A DNA stretch of 64,000 nt from Nitrospirota bacterium (GTDB lineage: Bacteria; Nitrospirota; UBA9217). The translations under genes were made by a program, and so were the position numbers. Positions 51,587-61,030 of the stretch are shown one piece after another. The notes beneath the pieces are model-generated. The model was not told the DNA's origin and did not search any database. It worked only from the letters and a program-made list of their open reading frames with translations. Location of the stretch: positions 64,001 to 128,000 of the forward strand of contig CAVVOB010000024.1 in NCBI GenBank assembly GCA_963749655.1, in the 5' to 3' direction. Position 1 is the stretch's first letter, and every line of letters begins with the position of its first letter.

Positions 51587-52450
51587 TCATCCTCCGATGT
51601 CCCGATGTTTCACATTGACTTCATAGCCGCTCTGCCGAAGACGTCCCGCGACGAGGAGCGCAAGGGCCACGGACCGGTGCCTGCCGCCGGTACAACCGAG
51701 TCCGATCGTCAGATAGCTCTTGCCCTCAAGGCGGTACCGCGGCAGCAGATACTCGAGGAAGTCCGACAGACGGGAAAGAAACTCCGCGGCATCGGATCTC
51801 CCCATGATGTAATCGCTCACCCGTGGGTCTTCTCCGGTCAGCGGACGAAGCTCGGGGACGAAATGCGGATTCGGCAAAAATCGAAGATCGAACAGCAGGT
51901 CGAGATCGTAAGGCACGCCGAATTTATATCCGAAGGTCACCAGGGTGATGACCATGGGGCGTCCTGCGTTCCGCTGCGCATAGTGGCGTTCCACGGCTTG
52001 GCGCAGATCATGGACCGTATAATCAGAGGTGTCTATGATCCGGTCGGCGAGCGTCTTGACCTCGCTGAGAGCCGCCCGTTCACGTCGTATGCCTTCGACA
52101 AGCGGCGTTGTCCCGCGGGAAAGCGGATGCGGTCTCCTCGTCTCACTGAAGCGTCTGACAATGGTCTGGTCCGATGCGTCCAGAAAAAGCAATTCGATCA
52201 TGCTGCCGTCGGACTTCAGTTCTTTATAGAGAGCGGGAAATTGTTCCGGGAATCCCTTCTCACGGATATCGATGCCGATGGCCGACAAAAAGGCCTCGTC
52301 TGACTGACGGGCGAATTCGAGAAATGCGGGGAGCAGTGAAAGCGGCAGATTGTCGACGCAATAAAAGCCTATATCCTCGAAGGCTTTAAGCGCGGCGCTC
52401 CTGCCGGAGCCCGACAGCCCCGTGACCACCACCATGCGGGCGCTGCTCAT
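51587..52450 (-). CDS. rapZ: RNase adapter / P-loop NTPase RapZ
   Basis: TGLSGSGRS, GFYCVDNLP, RFSETRRPHPL, FGYKFG, RFLPNP, GCTGGRHRSV. Confidence 0.95.
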   Translation of the reverse strand: MSSARMVVVTGLSGSGRSAALKAFEDIGFYCVDNLPLSLLPAFLEFARQSDEAFLSAIGIDIREKGFPEQFPALYKELKSDGSMIELLFLDASDQTIVRRFSETRRPHPLSRGTTPLVEGIRRERAALSEVKTLADRIIDTSDYTVHDLRQAVERHYAQRNAGRPMVITLVTFGYKFGVPYDLDLLFDLRFLPNPHFVPELRPLTGEDPRVSDYIMGRSDAAEFLSRLSDFLEYLLPRYRLEGKSYLTIGLGCTGGRHRSVALALLVAGRLRQSGYEVNVKHRDIGG

Positions 52451-53292
52451 CCTGTCAACCTCTTCCGGAGTTTTCTGTTCAATTCGCGGGCGGTAAAAAT
52501 GCCGCGGTTCTTGAGCATCTGATTTCTCGCCGCCACTTCGATCAGGGTCGCCATGGTCCGGCCCGGTTTGACCGGCAGTTTCAAATAGGGGATATTCACG
52601 CCGAGCAGGCGATAACGCCGCTCCCGAAGACCGACCAGGCTGTACTGGTGGCCCTTCTGCCACTCCTCCAGCTCCACAACCAGGCCGATCCGGGAAGCAT
52701 TGATCGTGGCCGATTCACCATAAAGGGCTCGCACATCGATGATGCCGAGTCCACGGATCTGGAGCAGATCAGCGCCCAGTTCTGTCGGACTGCCGTTGAT
52801 TTCGTCTCCGATGCGCTCTATGATGACCGTATCATCAGCAGCCAGCTTATGGCCCCGAAGCACAAGGTCGAGGGCTGCTTCGCTCTTGCCGACCGCGCTT
52901 TCACCGATGATCAGGGTGCCCAGACCGAAGATCTCGACCAGTACGCCGTGGAGGCTCATGCGCGGCGATAATAGCGATACGAGAAGACGATTAAGGCGGG
53001 GCAGTTCTCCGGTCTTCAGCAGGGGAATTCGGGAGGACGCCGACTCCCGAAGAAGTTCTTCGCAAGCCTTCCCTCCGCTGAGCACAATACACGCTGGTTT
53101 CTGCCGCATGAGGGATCGGGCTGTCCGTAACCGGTCACGAGAAGGAAGCGCACAGAGTGCTGCCACCTGGCTCGGCCGGAGGTGCAGCACGCGCGATTCT
53201 CCGCCCTTCCCTGCGCCGAGAGCGCTCAGCTCCGGCGAATAGATCTGCGGAGAGGAAACCGTTCTCGTCAGGCCCGCGCGTCCCGCCAGCAC
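52447..53292 (-). CDS. hprK: HPr kinase/phosphorylase
   Basis: LHGVLV, GESAVGKSE, LAADD, LQIRGLGII, PVKPGR; N-terminal domain divergent and start uncertain. Confidence 0.9.
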   Translation of the reverse strand: MLAGRAGLTRTVSSPQIYSPELSALGAGKGGESRVLHLRPSQVAALCALPSRDRLRTARSLMRQKPACIVLSGGKACEELLRESASSRIPLLKTGELPRLNRLLVSLLSPRMSLHGVLVEIFGLGTLIIGESAVGKSEAALDLVLRGHKLAADDTVIIERIGDEINGSPTELGADLLQIRGLGIIDVRALYGESATINASRIGLVVELEEWQKGHQYSLVGLRERRYRLLGVNIPYLKLPVKPGRTMATLIEVAARNQMLKNRGIFTARELNRKLRKRLTG

Positions 53293-53327
53293 CGATGCTG
53301 CCCCGGTCAGAGCCCTGACCGCTACTT

Positions 53328-53819
53328 TTACTTGCGCGTCAGCGGCTGGGGCTGCGGATATTTTTCGTCTTCCTCGTATATGAGCCTCTGGATTTCCTCG
53401 CGACGGGTTGCCTGCTTCAGGTTTTCCCGCAGTTCAGAATTTTTCAGTATCCGGGATATCCGCGCCAGCGCCTTGAGATGATCCCCCGGCTTGTCCTCGG
53501 GAGTGACGAGCAGAAAAAAAAGATGCACTGGTTGTTTGTCAAGAGATTGATATTCGATTCCGCGGACCGACCTGCCGAACGCAACAATCATACCGTCGAG
53601 TGCGGACAGTTTGCCGTGGGGGATGGCGACGCCGTTGCCGATCCCCGTGCTTCCAAGCGATTCACGCTCGGCCAGAACGTGAATAAGCTCTTCTTCATCC
53701 GTGATCCTTCCCGCTGACCTCAGAAACCGCGCAAATTCCCGCAGCACGCCGGGCTTATCGGTCGCCTCGATCTCCTCGAGTATCAGGTCATCACGCAGCA
53801 GGTCCTTGATCGTGACCAT
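53328..53819 (-). CDS. ptsN: PTS IIA-like nitrogen regulatory protein
   Basis: RESLGSTGIGNGVAIPHG, HLKALARISR. Confidence 0.92.
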   Translation of the reverse strand: MVTIKDLLRDDLILEEIEATDKPGVLREFARFLRSAGRITDEEELIHVLAERESLGSTGIGNGVAIPHGKLSALDGMIVAFGRSVRGIEYQSLDKQPVHLFFLLVTPEDKPGDHLKALARISRILKNSELRENLKQATRREEIQRLIYEEDEKYPQPQPLTRK

Positions 53820-53833
53820 CTCGGAGCCCCATT

Positions 53834-54367
53834 CTACCGCGCCGGTTCTATGAGGCCGACATTTCCGTCACGCCTCTTGTAAATGACGCTCACCTGCCCG
53901 TTGCCGGCATTCGAAAAGATAAAAAACTGCTTGTCCAGAAGCTCCATTTGCATCACGGCCTCTTCGGGGAGCATCGGCTTGAGATCGAATCGCTTCGTCC
54001 TGATGATCTGGGGGATGCGGTCCTCCGGATGGGATGGTGCCGTTCCCGGAGTCGTTTCCGTTTTGCCGCTCTGGTGCTTATGATCCACCAGTTTTTCCTT
54101 GTAACGTCTCACCCTTCGTTCGATTTTCTCAATGAGAAGGTCTATTGCCGAATACATCTCCTCGGTCTCTTCCGATGCCTGGATCAGCAGTCCATTAGAC
54201 TTGATCGTCGCTTCCGCTATATGGTGAACTTTCTTGACTACCGATATGGTAATGACCACCTGGGCGCCATTTGCAAGGTACTTGTCCAATCTGCTGAATT
54301 TGTCCGTTGCATACTGCCTGAGTGCTTCCGTAACTTCGATGTGCCTTCCATTTACGCTGACCAGCAT
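53834..54367 (-). CDS. hpf: Ribosome hibernation promoting factor (long form)
   Basis: GRHIEVTEALRQY, MYSAID, KPMLPEEAVMQMELL, YKRRDG; GAGGAGG RBS. Confidence 0.94.
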   Translation of the reverse strand: MLVSVNGRHIEVTEALRQYATDKFSRLDKYLANGAQVVITISVVKKVHHIAEATIKSNGLLIQASEETEEMYSAIDLLIEKIERRVRRYKEKLVDHKHQSGKTETTPGTAPSHPEDRIPQIIRTKRFDLKPMLPEEAVMQMELLDKQFFIFSNAGNGQVSVIYKRRDGNVGLIEPAR

Positions 54368-54550
54368 ACCTACCTCCTCGTTGGGGAAAAATCCGTAATA
54401 CGACATCATGCCCCCTGAAGCACGCAACGGGGACTTCGATTCTCATTCTGGCCGGTTTATCAAATTCGCATCTCTGTTCCGGATCGCCCTGCAAAAGAAC
54501 GGCATACTCCGAAATTTTCTTCACTCGTGCCAGCACCCTGCAGCCTGACT

Positions 54551-54567
54551 TTGGCATGATGAATGCT
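54551..54567 (+). promoter_or_regulatory. Putative sigma54 -24/-12 site
   Basis: TTGGCATGATGAATGCT with exact GG-N10-GC spacing, overlapping the rpoN stop codon. Confidence 0.4.
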
Positions 54568-56032
54568 ATCCGAGCCTTTTTCTCACGCTCGTCGGCGGTA
54601 TCCTGAGTTCCTCGCGGTATTTTGCCACGGTCCTGCGCGCAATATCGATACCACTCGCTTTCAGGGCATCCACAATCTGCTGGTCCTTCAGCGGTGACGC
54701 CGAATTTTCTTCTCTGATCATTTTCTGGATCGTGTCCTTGACGGTCAGAGAAGAAATCTCCGTTCCCGTTCCGGATGAGAATCCCGTTGTGAAGAAATAC
54801 TTCATCGGAAAAATGCCCTGGGGGGTGTGCATGAACTTATTGGTCGTGACGCGGCTGATCGTCGACTCGTGCATACCGATATCCTCGGCCACGTCCTTGA
54901 GGACCATAGGTTTGAGCTCGGTGATTCCTTTATCGAGGAAATCGCGTTGAAACTTAACAATGCTCTCCGCCACTTTATAGATGGTTCTGTTCCGCTGTTC
55001 CATGCCTTTGATGAGCCACTGAGCCGAACGGAGCCGCTCCTCCACGTACTCCTTGGTGACCTTGTCGATATTCTCCTTGCGGCTCAGTAGTTTCCGATAA
55101 TAGGGGTTGATGCGAACCTTCGGAAGTCCTTCATCGTTGAGCTGGATCACATATCGGTCCTCGATTTTAATCACGTATACGTCGGGAACTATGTAGTTCG
55201 TATCGGAGGGAAGATAGGGTCTGCCGGGCTTGGGTTCGAGTTCATGAATGATGAACTGCGAAGCCTCCATCACTTCCTGGATCGAGACGTTCAGCACCTT
55301 CGCGATATTGGCATATTTTCGTTTTTCCAGATCAGGCAGATGTGCTTCAACAATGTGTTCGACCAGGGATCCCTGAAGGTCCAGTTGCCGTACCTGGATC
55401 AGCAGGCACTCGCGGAGGTCCCGGGCCCCGACGCCGACGGGATCAAAGCTCTGAATAAGTTCGAGCGCCTGCGCCATGCTTGGCAGCGGGATCGCCGACT
55501 GGTGTGAAAGCTCATCGAGGGTGGCGCGCAGATAACCGTCATCATCCAGGTTGCCGATGATCCATTCCCCCCCCTTGACGAGGACGGCTTCCGATGAAGA
55601 AAGATGCAGTTGCCACAACAGGTAGTCGCTGAGCGAGGGAAGACGGGACAGCGTTTGGTCGTAGGAAGGAAGTTCCTTGTCGTCGGCTTCGGCGTATCCG
55701 TAATCCCGGCCGTCGCCCATTTCATTCAGATATTCATCCCATTGGGGGCCCAGTTCGAGATCGCTCTTCAGTTCTTCCGCCCGCTCCTGCTCAGGCGGCG
55801 CGTCCGAAACGGCTTCTCCCTGCCCGACCTCGGTGGAGGATGCCTCATCACCTTCAGGCGATTCATCCGCCGTCTCCGGCTGCAATTCTTCGAGGACCGG
55901 ATTTTCAATGAGCTCCTGAGAAACGGATTGAACCAGTTCAAGCCTCGACAGCTGCAACAGCTTGATCGCCTGCTGAAGCTGCGGCGTCATAATGAGTTTT
56001 TGAGATAATTTTAGTTCAAGCCTTGCTTCCAT
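54566..56032 (-). CDS. rpoN: RNA polymerase sigma-54 factor
   Basis: MTPQLQQAIKLLQL, MHESTISR and RpoN box ARRTVAKYR. Confidence 0.98.
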   Translation of the reverse strand: MEARLELKLSQKLIMTPQLQQAIKLLQLSRLELVQSVSQELIENPVLEELQPETADESPEGDEASSTEVGQGEAVSDAPPEQERAEELKSDLELGPQWDEYLNEMGDGRDYGYAEADDKELPSYDQTLSRLPSLSDYLLWQLHLSSSEAVLVKGGEWIIGNLDDDGYLRATLDELSHQSAIPLPSMAQALELIQSFDPVGVGARDLRECLLIQVRQLDLQGSLVEHIVEAHLPDLEKRKYANIAKVLNVSIQEVMEASQFIIHELEPKPGRPYLPSDTNYIVPDVYVIKIEDRYVIQLNDEGLPKVRINPYYRKLLSRKENIDKVTKEYVEERLRSAQWLIKGMEQRNRTIYKVAESIVKFQRDFLDKGITELKPMVLKDVAEDIGMHESTISRVTTNKFMHTPQGIFPMKYFFTTGFSSGTGTEISSLTVKDTIQKMIREENSASPLKDQQIVDALKASGIDIARRTVAKYREELRIPPTSVRKRLG

Positions 56033-56129
56033 AGGCACCACTGAAAAAATGACTTTTCTGAATAAGCGCTAACTTCCGCAACGTCCATGAAGAATGTGGC
56101 AAACGGACAATGGTGCTCCGCTTCTTTCA

Positions 56130-56852
56130 TTATAACCGAAATGCCTCACCCAGGTAAAATTGTCTTACACGCGGACTAGCCGTAATTTCCGCGGCGGTCC
56201 CCGCCTCGATGATCTTCCCGTCGCTGATTATGTATGCTCGGTCAGTGATAGCGAGCGTTTCACGGACATTGTGATCGGTGATGAGAATGCCGATCCCCTT
56301 GCTTTTCAACAGGGAGATGATCCCCTGAATATCCTGCACTGCGAGGGGGTCTATGCCGGCAAAAGGCTCATCCAGAAGGATGAATTTGGGAGACAGAGTA
56401 AGCGCGCGTGCAATCTCAACCCGCCGCCGTTCGCCCCCGGACAGGGTATAGGCCATGCTGTCCGAAAGATGGGCTATGCCCAACTCCTCCATCAGCCGGT
56501 CCCGGCGCTCTTTTCGTTCCGCCGAGGAAAGGGACATCGTCTCAAGGACGGCCATGAGATTCTCAGCTACCGTCAGTTTTCTGAAGACCGACGGCTCCTG
56601 CGGGAGATATCCGATACCGCTCTTAGCCCGTTGATACATCGGCATTTTCGTGATATCGGTACCGTCCAGGCTCACCCTCCCCTGGTCCGGTCGGATGAGG
56701 CCGACCACCATATAAAAGGTAGTGGTCTTGCCTGCGCCGTTCGGGCCGAGCAATCCGACGACTTCTCCGTGTTTGACCTGCAGGCTTACCCCCCGGACGA
56801 TCTTCCGCCCACGGTAGCTTTTTTCCAGTTTTTTGGCCTCAAGCGCCTCCAT
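56130..56852 (-). CDS. lptB: LPS export ABC ATPase
   Basis: [44 protein letters not shown]. Confidence 0.97.
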   Translation of the reverse strand: MEALEAKKLEKSYRGRKIVRGVSLQVKHGEVVGLLGPNGAGKTTTFYMVVGLIRPDQGRVSLDGTDITKMPMYQRAKSGIGYLPQEPSVFRKLTVAENLMAVLETMSLSSAERKERRDRLMEELGIAHLSDSMAYTLSGGERRRVEIARALTLSPKFILLDEPFAGIDPLAVQDIQGIISLLKSKGIGILITDHNVRETLAITDRAYIISDGKIIEAGTAAEITASPRVRQFYLGEAFRL

Positions 56853-56864
56853 GCATTCCTTTTC

Positions 56865-57392
56865 CTACTGCTGCTTCCGGCTCTGCGGCACGTTGCTTGG
56901 TTTTTCCTGATAGAGCAGCACTTTCCCGCCCTCTACAATGCTGCGATCGTCCCGCATGAACAGGGTAATTTTCTCTCCTCCGAGTTGGCTGTCATTCTCA
57001 ATGATGCGGGCGTCACCGGTGAGGACGATTTTTTCCTCATTGCTGAAATAGGATGCCTGGTTCGAAAGGGCGACTCTGCCCTCCTTGCGTACGACGACGT
57101 TTCCCCGGGCATCTATTTCCCTGATGTTCTTGGAACCACTGTCGTAATACACGACCATCGTATCCGAAGTCAGCGTCATGCCCTCTTTCTTGAGTACAAC
57201 ATTGCCGGTAAACGTCACCTTATCTCCGAGTTTTTCAGCCTCCATCCGGTTCGAGGTCACCACGATGGGCTCCCGCTCGGCTGTATCCGTCTTCTGCAAA
57301 GCACCGGATAAGCCGGTGCCGGGCACAACGGAAACGAGGAGCACGGCGACTGCCGCTGAGAAGAGACTATTCCTGAAGTACTGCTTTGACAT
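56865..57392 (-). CDS. lptA: LPS transport periplasmic protein
   Basis: Signal peptide, PIVVTSNRME, FTGNVV, ARGNVV, IVLTGDA; located between lptC and lptB. Confidence 0.88.
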   Translation of the reverse strand: MSKQYFRNSLFSAAVAVLLVSVVPGTGLSGALQKTDTAEREPIVVTSNRMEAEKLGDKVTFTGNVVLKKEGMTLTSDTMVVYYDSGSKNIREIDARGNVVVRKEGRVALSNQASYFSNEEKIVLTGDARIIENDSQLGGEKITLFMRDDRSIVEGGKVLLYQEKPSNVPQSRKQQ

Positions 57393-57930
57393 TGTCCTTC
57401 ACCACGATCGAACGCATGTCGACGTTCGCGGTAAAGCCGACCCCTTCGAGATAGATTTCACTGCCGAGCATCTTGAACGGATTCAAAGTCCATACGATCC
57501 GTTCACCGGCCTTCCAGTTCAGCGCATCGGTAGTCAATACATAGCCGTCGCTCGTCACGACCCGGACATCCCGATTGTCCCGTCGCAGGGTCGCATTCCC
57601 CGTAATGGTATCCATGACGCCAAAATCGCCGGTAAGAACGGCTTCCTTGTTCTCCGGATTGCTGAATATGATCTCGAGTTCTTTGAGCCGGGCTTCCTTG
57701 TTTTCAAAAAGGTCCGCGTTCCTCGCATTCATGCGCCATGTAACTCTTCCCTTTTCGGACTGCGCAATCCTGAATCCGTCCATATCCATGAGCAGTCGCG
57801 TACCGGAAGGAGATGGGAACAGAGATGGCATGGAGATATCCGACTCCTGAACAAGCAGATATCCGCCATAGATGCTTGCACCGAGGAGAAGGAACACCGT
57901 GAGGATCTTGAAAACCCTTTTGATCACCAT
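57367..57930 (-). CDS. lptC: LPS export protein
   Basis: N-terminal TM followed by beta-jellyroll-type sequence (WRMNARNA, LTTDALNW); synteny with lptA and lptB. Confidence 0.82.
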   Translation of the reverse strand: MVIKRVFKILTVFLLLGASIYGGYLLVQESDISMPSLFPSPSGTRLLMDMDGFRIAQSEKGRVTWRMNARNADLFENKEARLKELEIIFSNPENKEAVLTGDFGVMDTITGNATLRRDNRDVRVVTSDGYVLTTDALNWKAGERIVWTLNPFKMLGSEIYLEGVGFTANVDMRSIVVKDNVKAVLQE

Positions 57931-58042
57931 CACACTCACAAGAGCATATGGCGGCCGATCGGCCGCCATATGCATAATGTATACCACAGGTCGCAATATC
58001 TGTAAAGGTAAAAAAGGGAAACTGCCCTGGTGAGCAGGAATG

Positions 58043-59296
58043 TTACCTTTTTTCTTCCAACCGTGCCCGAAGTGCGGACAATTCCTTCTCTTTGTCCACA
58101 AGCAGCCGTTCAAGTCGCACCTGGACAGATACGTCGCGAACGACTGACTGGATGAATCGCTTGCCCATAAGTGTCAATTTGACGGCACTGATCGCTACCG
58201 GAACAATGGTCCCGTCAGCCTGCCTCAGGTCCCCGTGCCGGAGCGCTTGATTCCCCTGCTTGATTTCCGAAAGAATACCCCGCGGTTCCGAAGGATCGAC
58301 AAAAAGCTCGAACAGGTTCTTGTGCAAAAGGTCGTACTTTGGGAATCCGGACAACCGGGCCGCCTGTTCATTTGCAAAGACGACGTCACCGTTTTCCGCC
58401 AGGAGAAAAATGGATTCACAGGCATTTTCAACGAGAGTACGATACCGCTCTTCCGACGCACGGAATTCCTCGGTCTTCTCTGCGACCCACTGCTCCAGCT
58501 CCATATTCATCTTCCGCAGCTCGGTCTGCATCTGTTCATTCTGAATAGTCGTCGAAAGAATACCCGAAAGTGTCGTGAAGAAATTGATCTCCTCATCGGA
58601 AAATTCCTTCGCTTTCCGGTAAAAAACCTCCATGACCCCGACGAGAGCGCCGTTGGAATAGACATAGAGGGGGAGACAATAGATGGACAAATAGTCGGTG
58701 CCCCCGAGCCCCGGCATCTCTTTATATCGCGGATCGGCACGATAGTCCTTCAGCATGACCGGTTCAAGCCGCCTTCCGACCCATCCTTCAATCCCCTCCC
58801 CGAGGGGAATGCGGACATTCCCGATTGAATTCTTCTGGATCTCGTTGGTTGCCGAAAGAACCAGATCGTCCTTCTTCCTGTCATAGAGATAAATGAAGCA
58901 CGCCTCTGCTTCCATGACCCGTGCTGTAATATCAGCAACATCCATGAGACGATCGGCGAACAGGCGCGGAGAATTGGCTGCATAGTTGACGTCGTAGACT
59001 CCGAGAAACTTGATGAACAGATCATCCTTGATGTCAAGCAGCTCTTCCTGCTTCAGGTGCAGTTCAAGGTTGGCGTCCTCAAGTCGACGGTACGAAGGAG
59101 CAATGACGTTCCGGTAAAGAAGATATGCAGTCAGCAACACGAGGACAGCGAGGCCGCACGACAGCAGGAAGGCAACAGGGTCGCCCTGTGCCATGAAGTG
59201 ACCCGTTATGACGCCCATGAAAATGGCGGCGCTCAGGACCAGCGCAATAAGGAATATGATAAGACTTTTTCTGTGTTCGAAACCGCCCTGCGGCAT
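58043..59296 (-). CDS. Membrane-anchored GAF-PAS protein with no output domain
   Basis: Two TM helices, coiled coil, GAF (GEGIEGWVG...DPRY), SEERYRTLVE PAS ending VVRD, short coiled tail; AAGGAGG RBS. Confidence 0.85.
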   Translation of the reverse strand: MPQGGFEHRKSLIIFLIALVLSAAIFMGVITGHFMAQGDPVAFLLSCGLAVLVLLTAYLLYRNVIAPSYRRLEDANLELHLKQEELLDIKDDLFIKFLGVYDVNYAANSPRLFADRLMDVADITARVMEAEACFIYLYDRKKDDLVLSATNEIQKNSIGNVRIPLGEGIEGWVGRRLEPVMLKDYRADPRYKEMPGLGGTDYLSIYCLPLYVYSNGALVGVMEVFYRKAKEFSDEEINFFTTLSGILSTTIQNEQMQTELRKMNMELEQWVAEKTEEFRASEERYRTLVENACESIFLLAENGDVVFANEQAARLSGFPKYDLLHKNLFELFVDPSEPRGILSEIKQGNQALRHGDLRQADGTIVPVAISAVKLTLMGKRFIQSVVRDVSVQVRLERLLVDKEKELSALRARLEEKR

Positions 59297-59336
59297 GCTC
59301 CCTCCTTTGTAAATCCGGCTTTTGACCGCCGGATGT

Positions 59337-60167
59337 TCATCCCTGCACCAGACGGACCAGCTCGTCCACCGCCTGGTCGATGTGTATGGGCAATTCAATG
59401 GACAATCCCCGTTTTCTCAGTTTGAGAAACAATTCCGTAAGAAGCGGCGGATCGATATTGGCGGCTCGCAAGGCATCGGCCTGCATGAAGATCTCGGCAG
59501 GCGTTCCTGCAGTGATAACGCCGTGCCCCGAGGACAGGACATAAACCCGGTCGGCGAATGCGGCAACCAGATTCAAATCATGTGTGGACATGATGATCGT
59601 CATGCCCTCACGATTGTATTTGTTCAAAAGAGTTACCAGTTCCCCCCGGGACCGGGAGTCAAGCCCCTCGAAAGGTTCATCGAGGATCAGCAGTTCGGGC
59701 CGCATGACGAGAGCCCCGGCCAGGGCAACCTTGCGCTTCTCCCCGCCTGAAAGGTAATGGCATATCTTGTCTCGGAGATGGGAGATGCCAAGTTCCTTCA
59801 TAACTTGTTCTACCATGTGCGCCGTTTTCTCCCTGCCATAACCATAGTTACGTGGCGTAAAGGAGATGTCTTCCCATACGGTGGGCGAAAGGATCTGCTC
59901 TTCAACATTCTGAAGAAGGACTCCGATGCGCTCACGCACATCGCCATAATGCGTCGCAGGATTTATGCCGAACACCCTGACCTGTCCCTCGTCCGGTTTA
60001 AGAAACCCGAGAATATGGTAGATAAGCGTGGTTTTACCCGAGCCATTCCCACCGAGGATGGCAATGCGCGCTCCGCGGTGAACCACAAAGTCGAGGCCGC
60101 AGATGTGGATCTCCGTGGTATCGGGGTAGATGTGCTTGAGGCAGCTTACGCTGATTATCGTTTCCAT
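59337..60167 (-). CDS. ECF transporter ATPase (CbiO/NikO-like)
   Basis: GGNGSGKTT, LSGGEKRKVALAG, LDEP, STHD. Confidence 0.9.
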   Translation of the reverse strand: METIISVSCLKHIYPDTTEIHICGLDFVVHRGARIAILGGNGSGKTTLIYHILGFLKPDEGQVRVFGINPATHYGDVRERIGVLLQNVEEQILSPTVWEDISFTPRNYGYGREKTAHMVEQVMKELGISHLRDKICHYLSGGEKRKVALAGALVMRPELLILDEPFEGLDSRSRGELVTLLNKYNREGMTIIMSTHDLNLVAAFADRVYVLSSGHGVITAGTPAEIFMQADALRAANIDPPLLTELFLKLRKRGLSIELPIHIDQAVDELVRLVQG

Positions 60168-60322
60168 AGTTCTGGATTTTCGCGCCGAATTCTGGACCAA
60201 GGCAATCGTGCCTGCCCCTGACGGCATCCTTTACGCCGGCACTCGGAGTGTACGAGTATTAACCGGCAGTGCACAATTGCATGGTCTTCTTTGAATGCTG
60301 AAGCAGGCGGCTCGCTCCGACC

Positions 60323-61030
60323 TCACTTCCATACAAGTACAAATAATAAGACCAATCCGCCGGCGCCGAGCGGGAGCCAGTCATGCCTGGTCAATCCCAG
60401 CCGTTCTTTCTCCGCCATGCTGCCGCTGTATCCGCGCACGGCCATAACGGCATAGAGACGCGAGGATCGCTCGACGGCCGCGACAAGAAGCATGGCGATG
60501 CCGCGGGGGATGTTGGCAATAGTCTTCATAATGCGACCCCGGGAAAGACCTGCGCGAAACCGCAGTGCCACAATAAAATTATTCATCATATCAAGGAGAA
60601 TAAAAAAACTCCGGTAAGTCATGAACAGGCCCGCGGCCGGGAGTTCCGGAAGAACGGAACTGGTAAGAGAGAAAAGTCTTGGATAAGGCGTACTCACGAT
60701 GAGCATGAGCACTGCCAGCGCCGGAGTGACCGCCTTGAAAATCACGAGTCCATATACGGTAAGACCGACTCCGCGCAGGCTGATACCGTAGAGCGCCGCG
60801 AATATGGCCGCGTAGAGAGACATCATCATGATGCGAAGTACCGGCAGTCGCGCAGCGGTGGTGACAATGAGGAGAATGCCATATCCCGCGACAAGGGCAG
60901 CTACATTGCGCGAAAGCACGGCGGCGGAAACGACAAGCGTTACAAAAATAACTTTGGCAAGAACGGAAGCGCGGTGGAAAGCACCGGATCCGCTCGCTGC
61001 CCAGTAATCTATGCGCGCGACGTCGATCAC
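60323..61030 (-). CDS. ECF transporter T component (CbiQ-like)
   Basis: Hydrophobic protein; STPYP, AVERSSRLYAVMAVRG. Confidence 0.85.
   Translation of the reverse strand: MIDVARIDYWAASGSGAFHRASVLAKVIFVTLVVSAAVLSRNVAALVAGYGILLIVTTAARLPVLRIMMMSLYAAIFAALYGISLRGVGLTVYGLVIFKAVTPALAVLMLIVSTPYPRLFSLTSSVLPELPAAGLFMTYRSFFILLDMMNNFIVALRFRAGLSRGRIMKTIANIPRGIAMLLVAAVERSSRLYAVMAVRGYSGSMAEKERLGLTRHDWLPLGAGGLVLLFVLVWK

Noticed and set aside
51587-52450. RapZ Walker A reading GSGRS instead of GSGKS
   Set aside because: Conservative change that I believe occurs in other RapZ homologs; all other motifs are intact.
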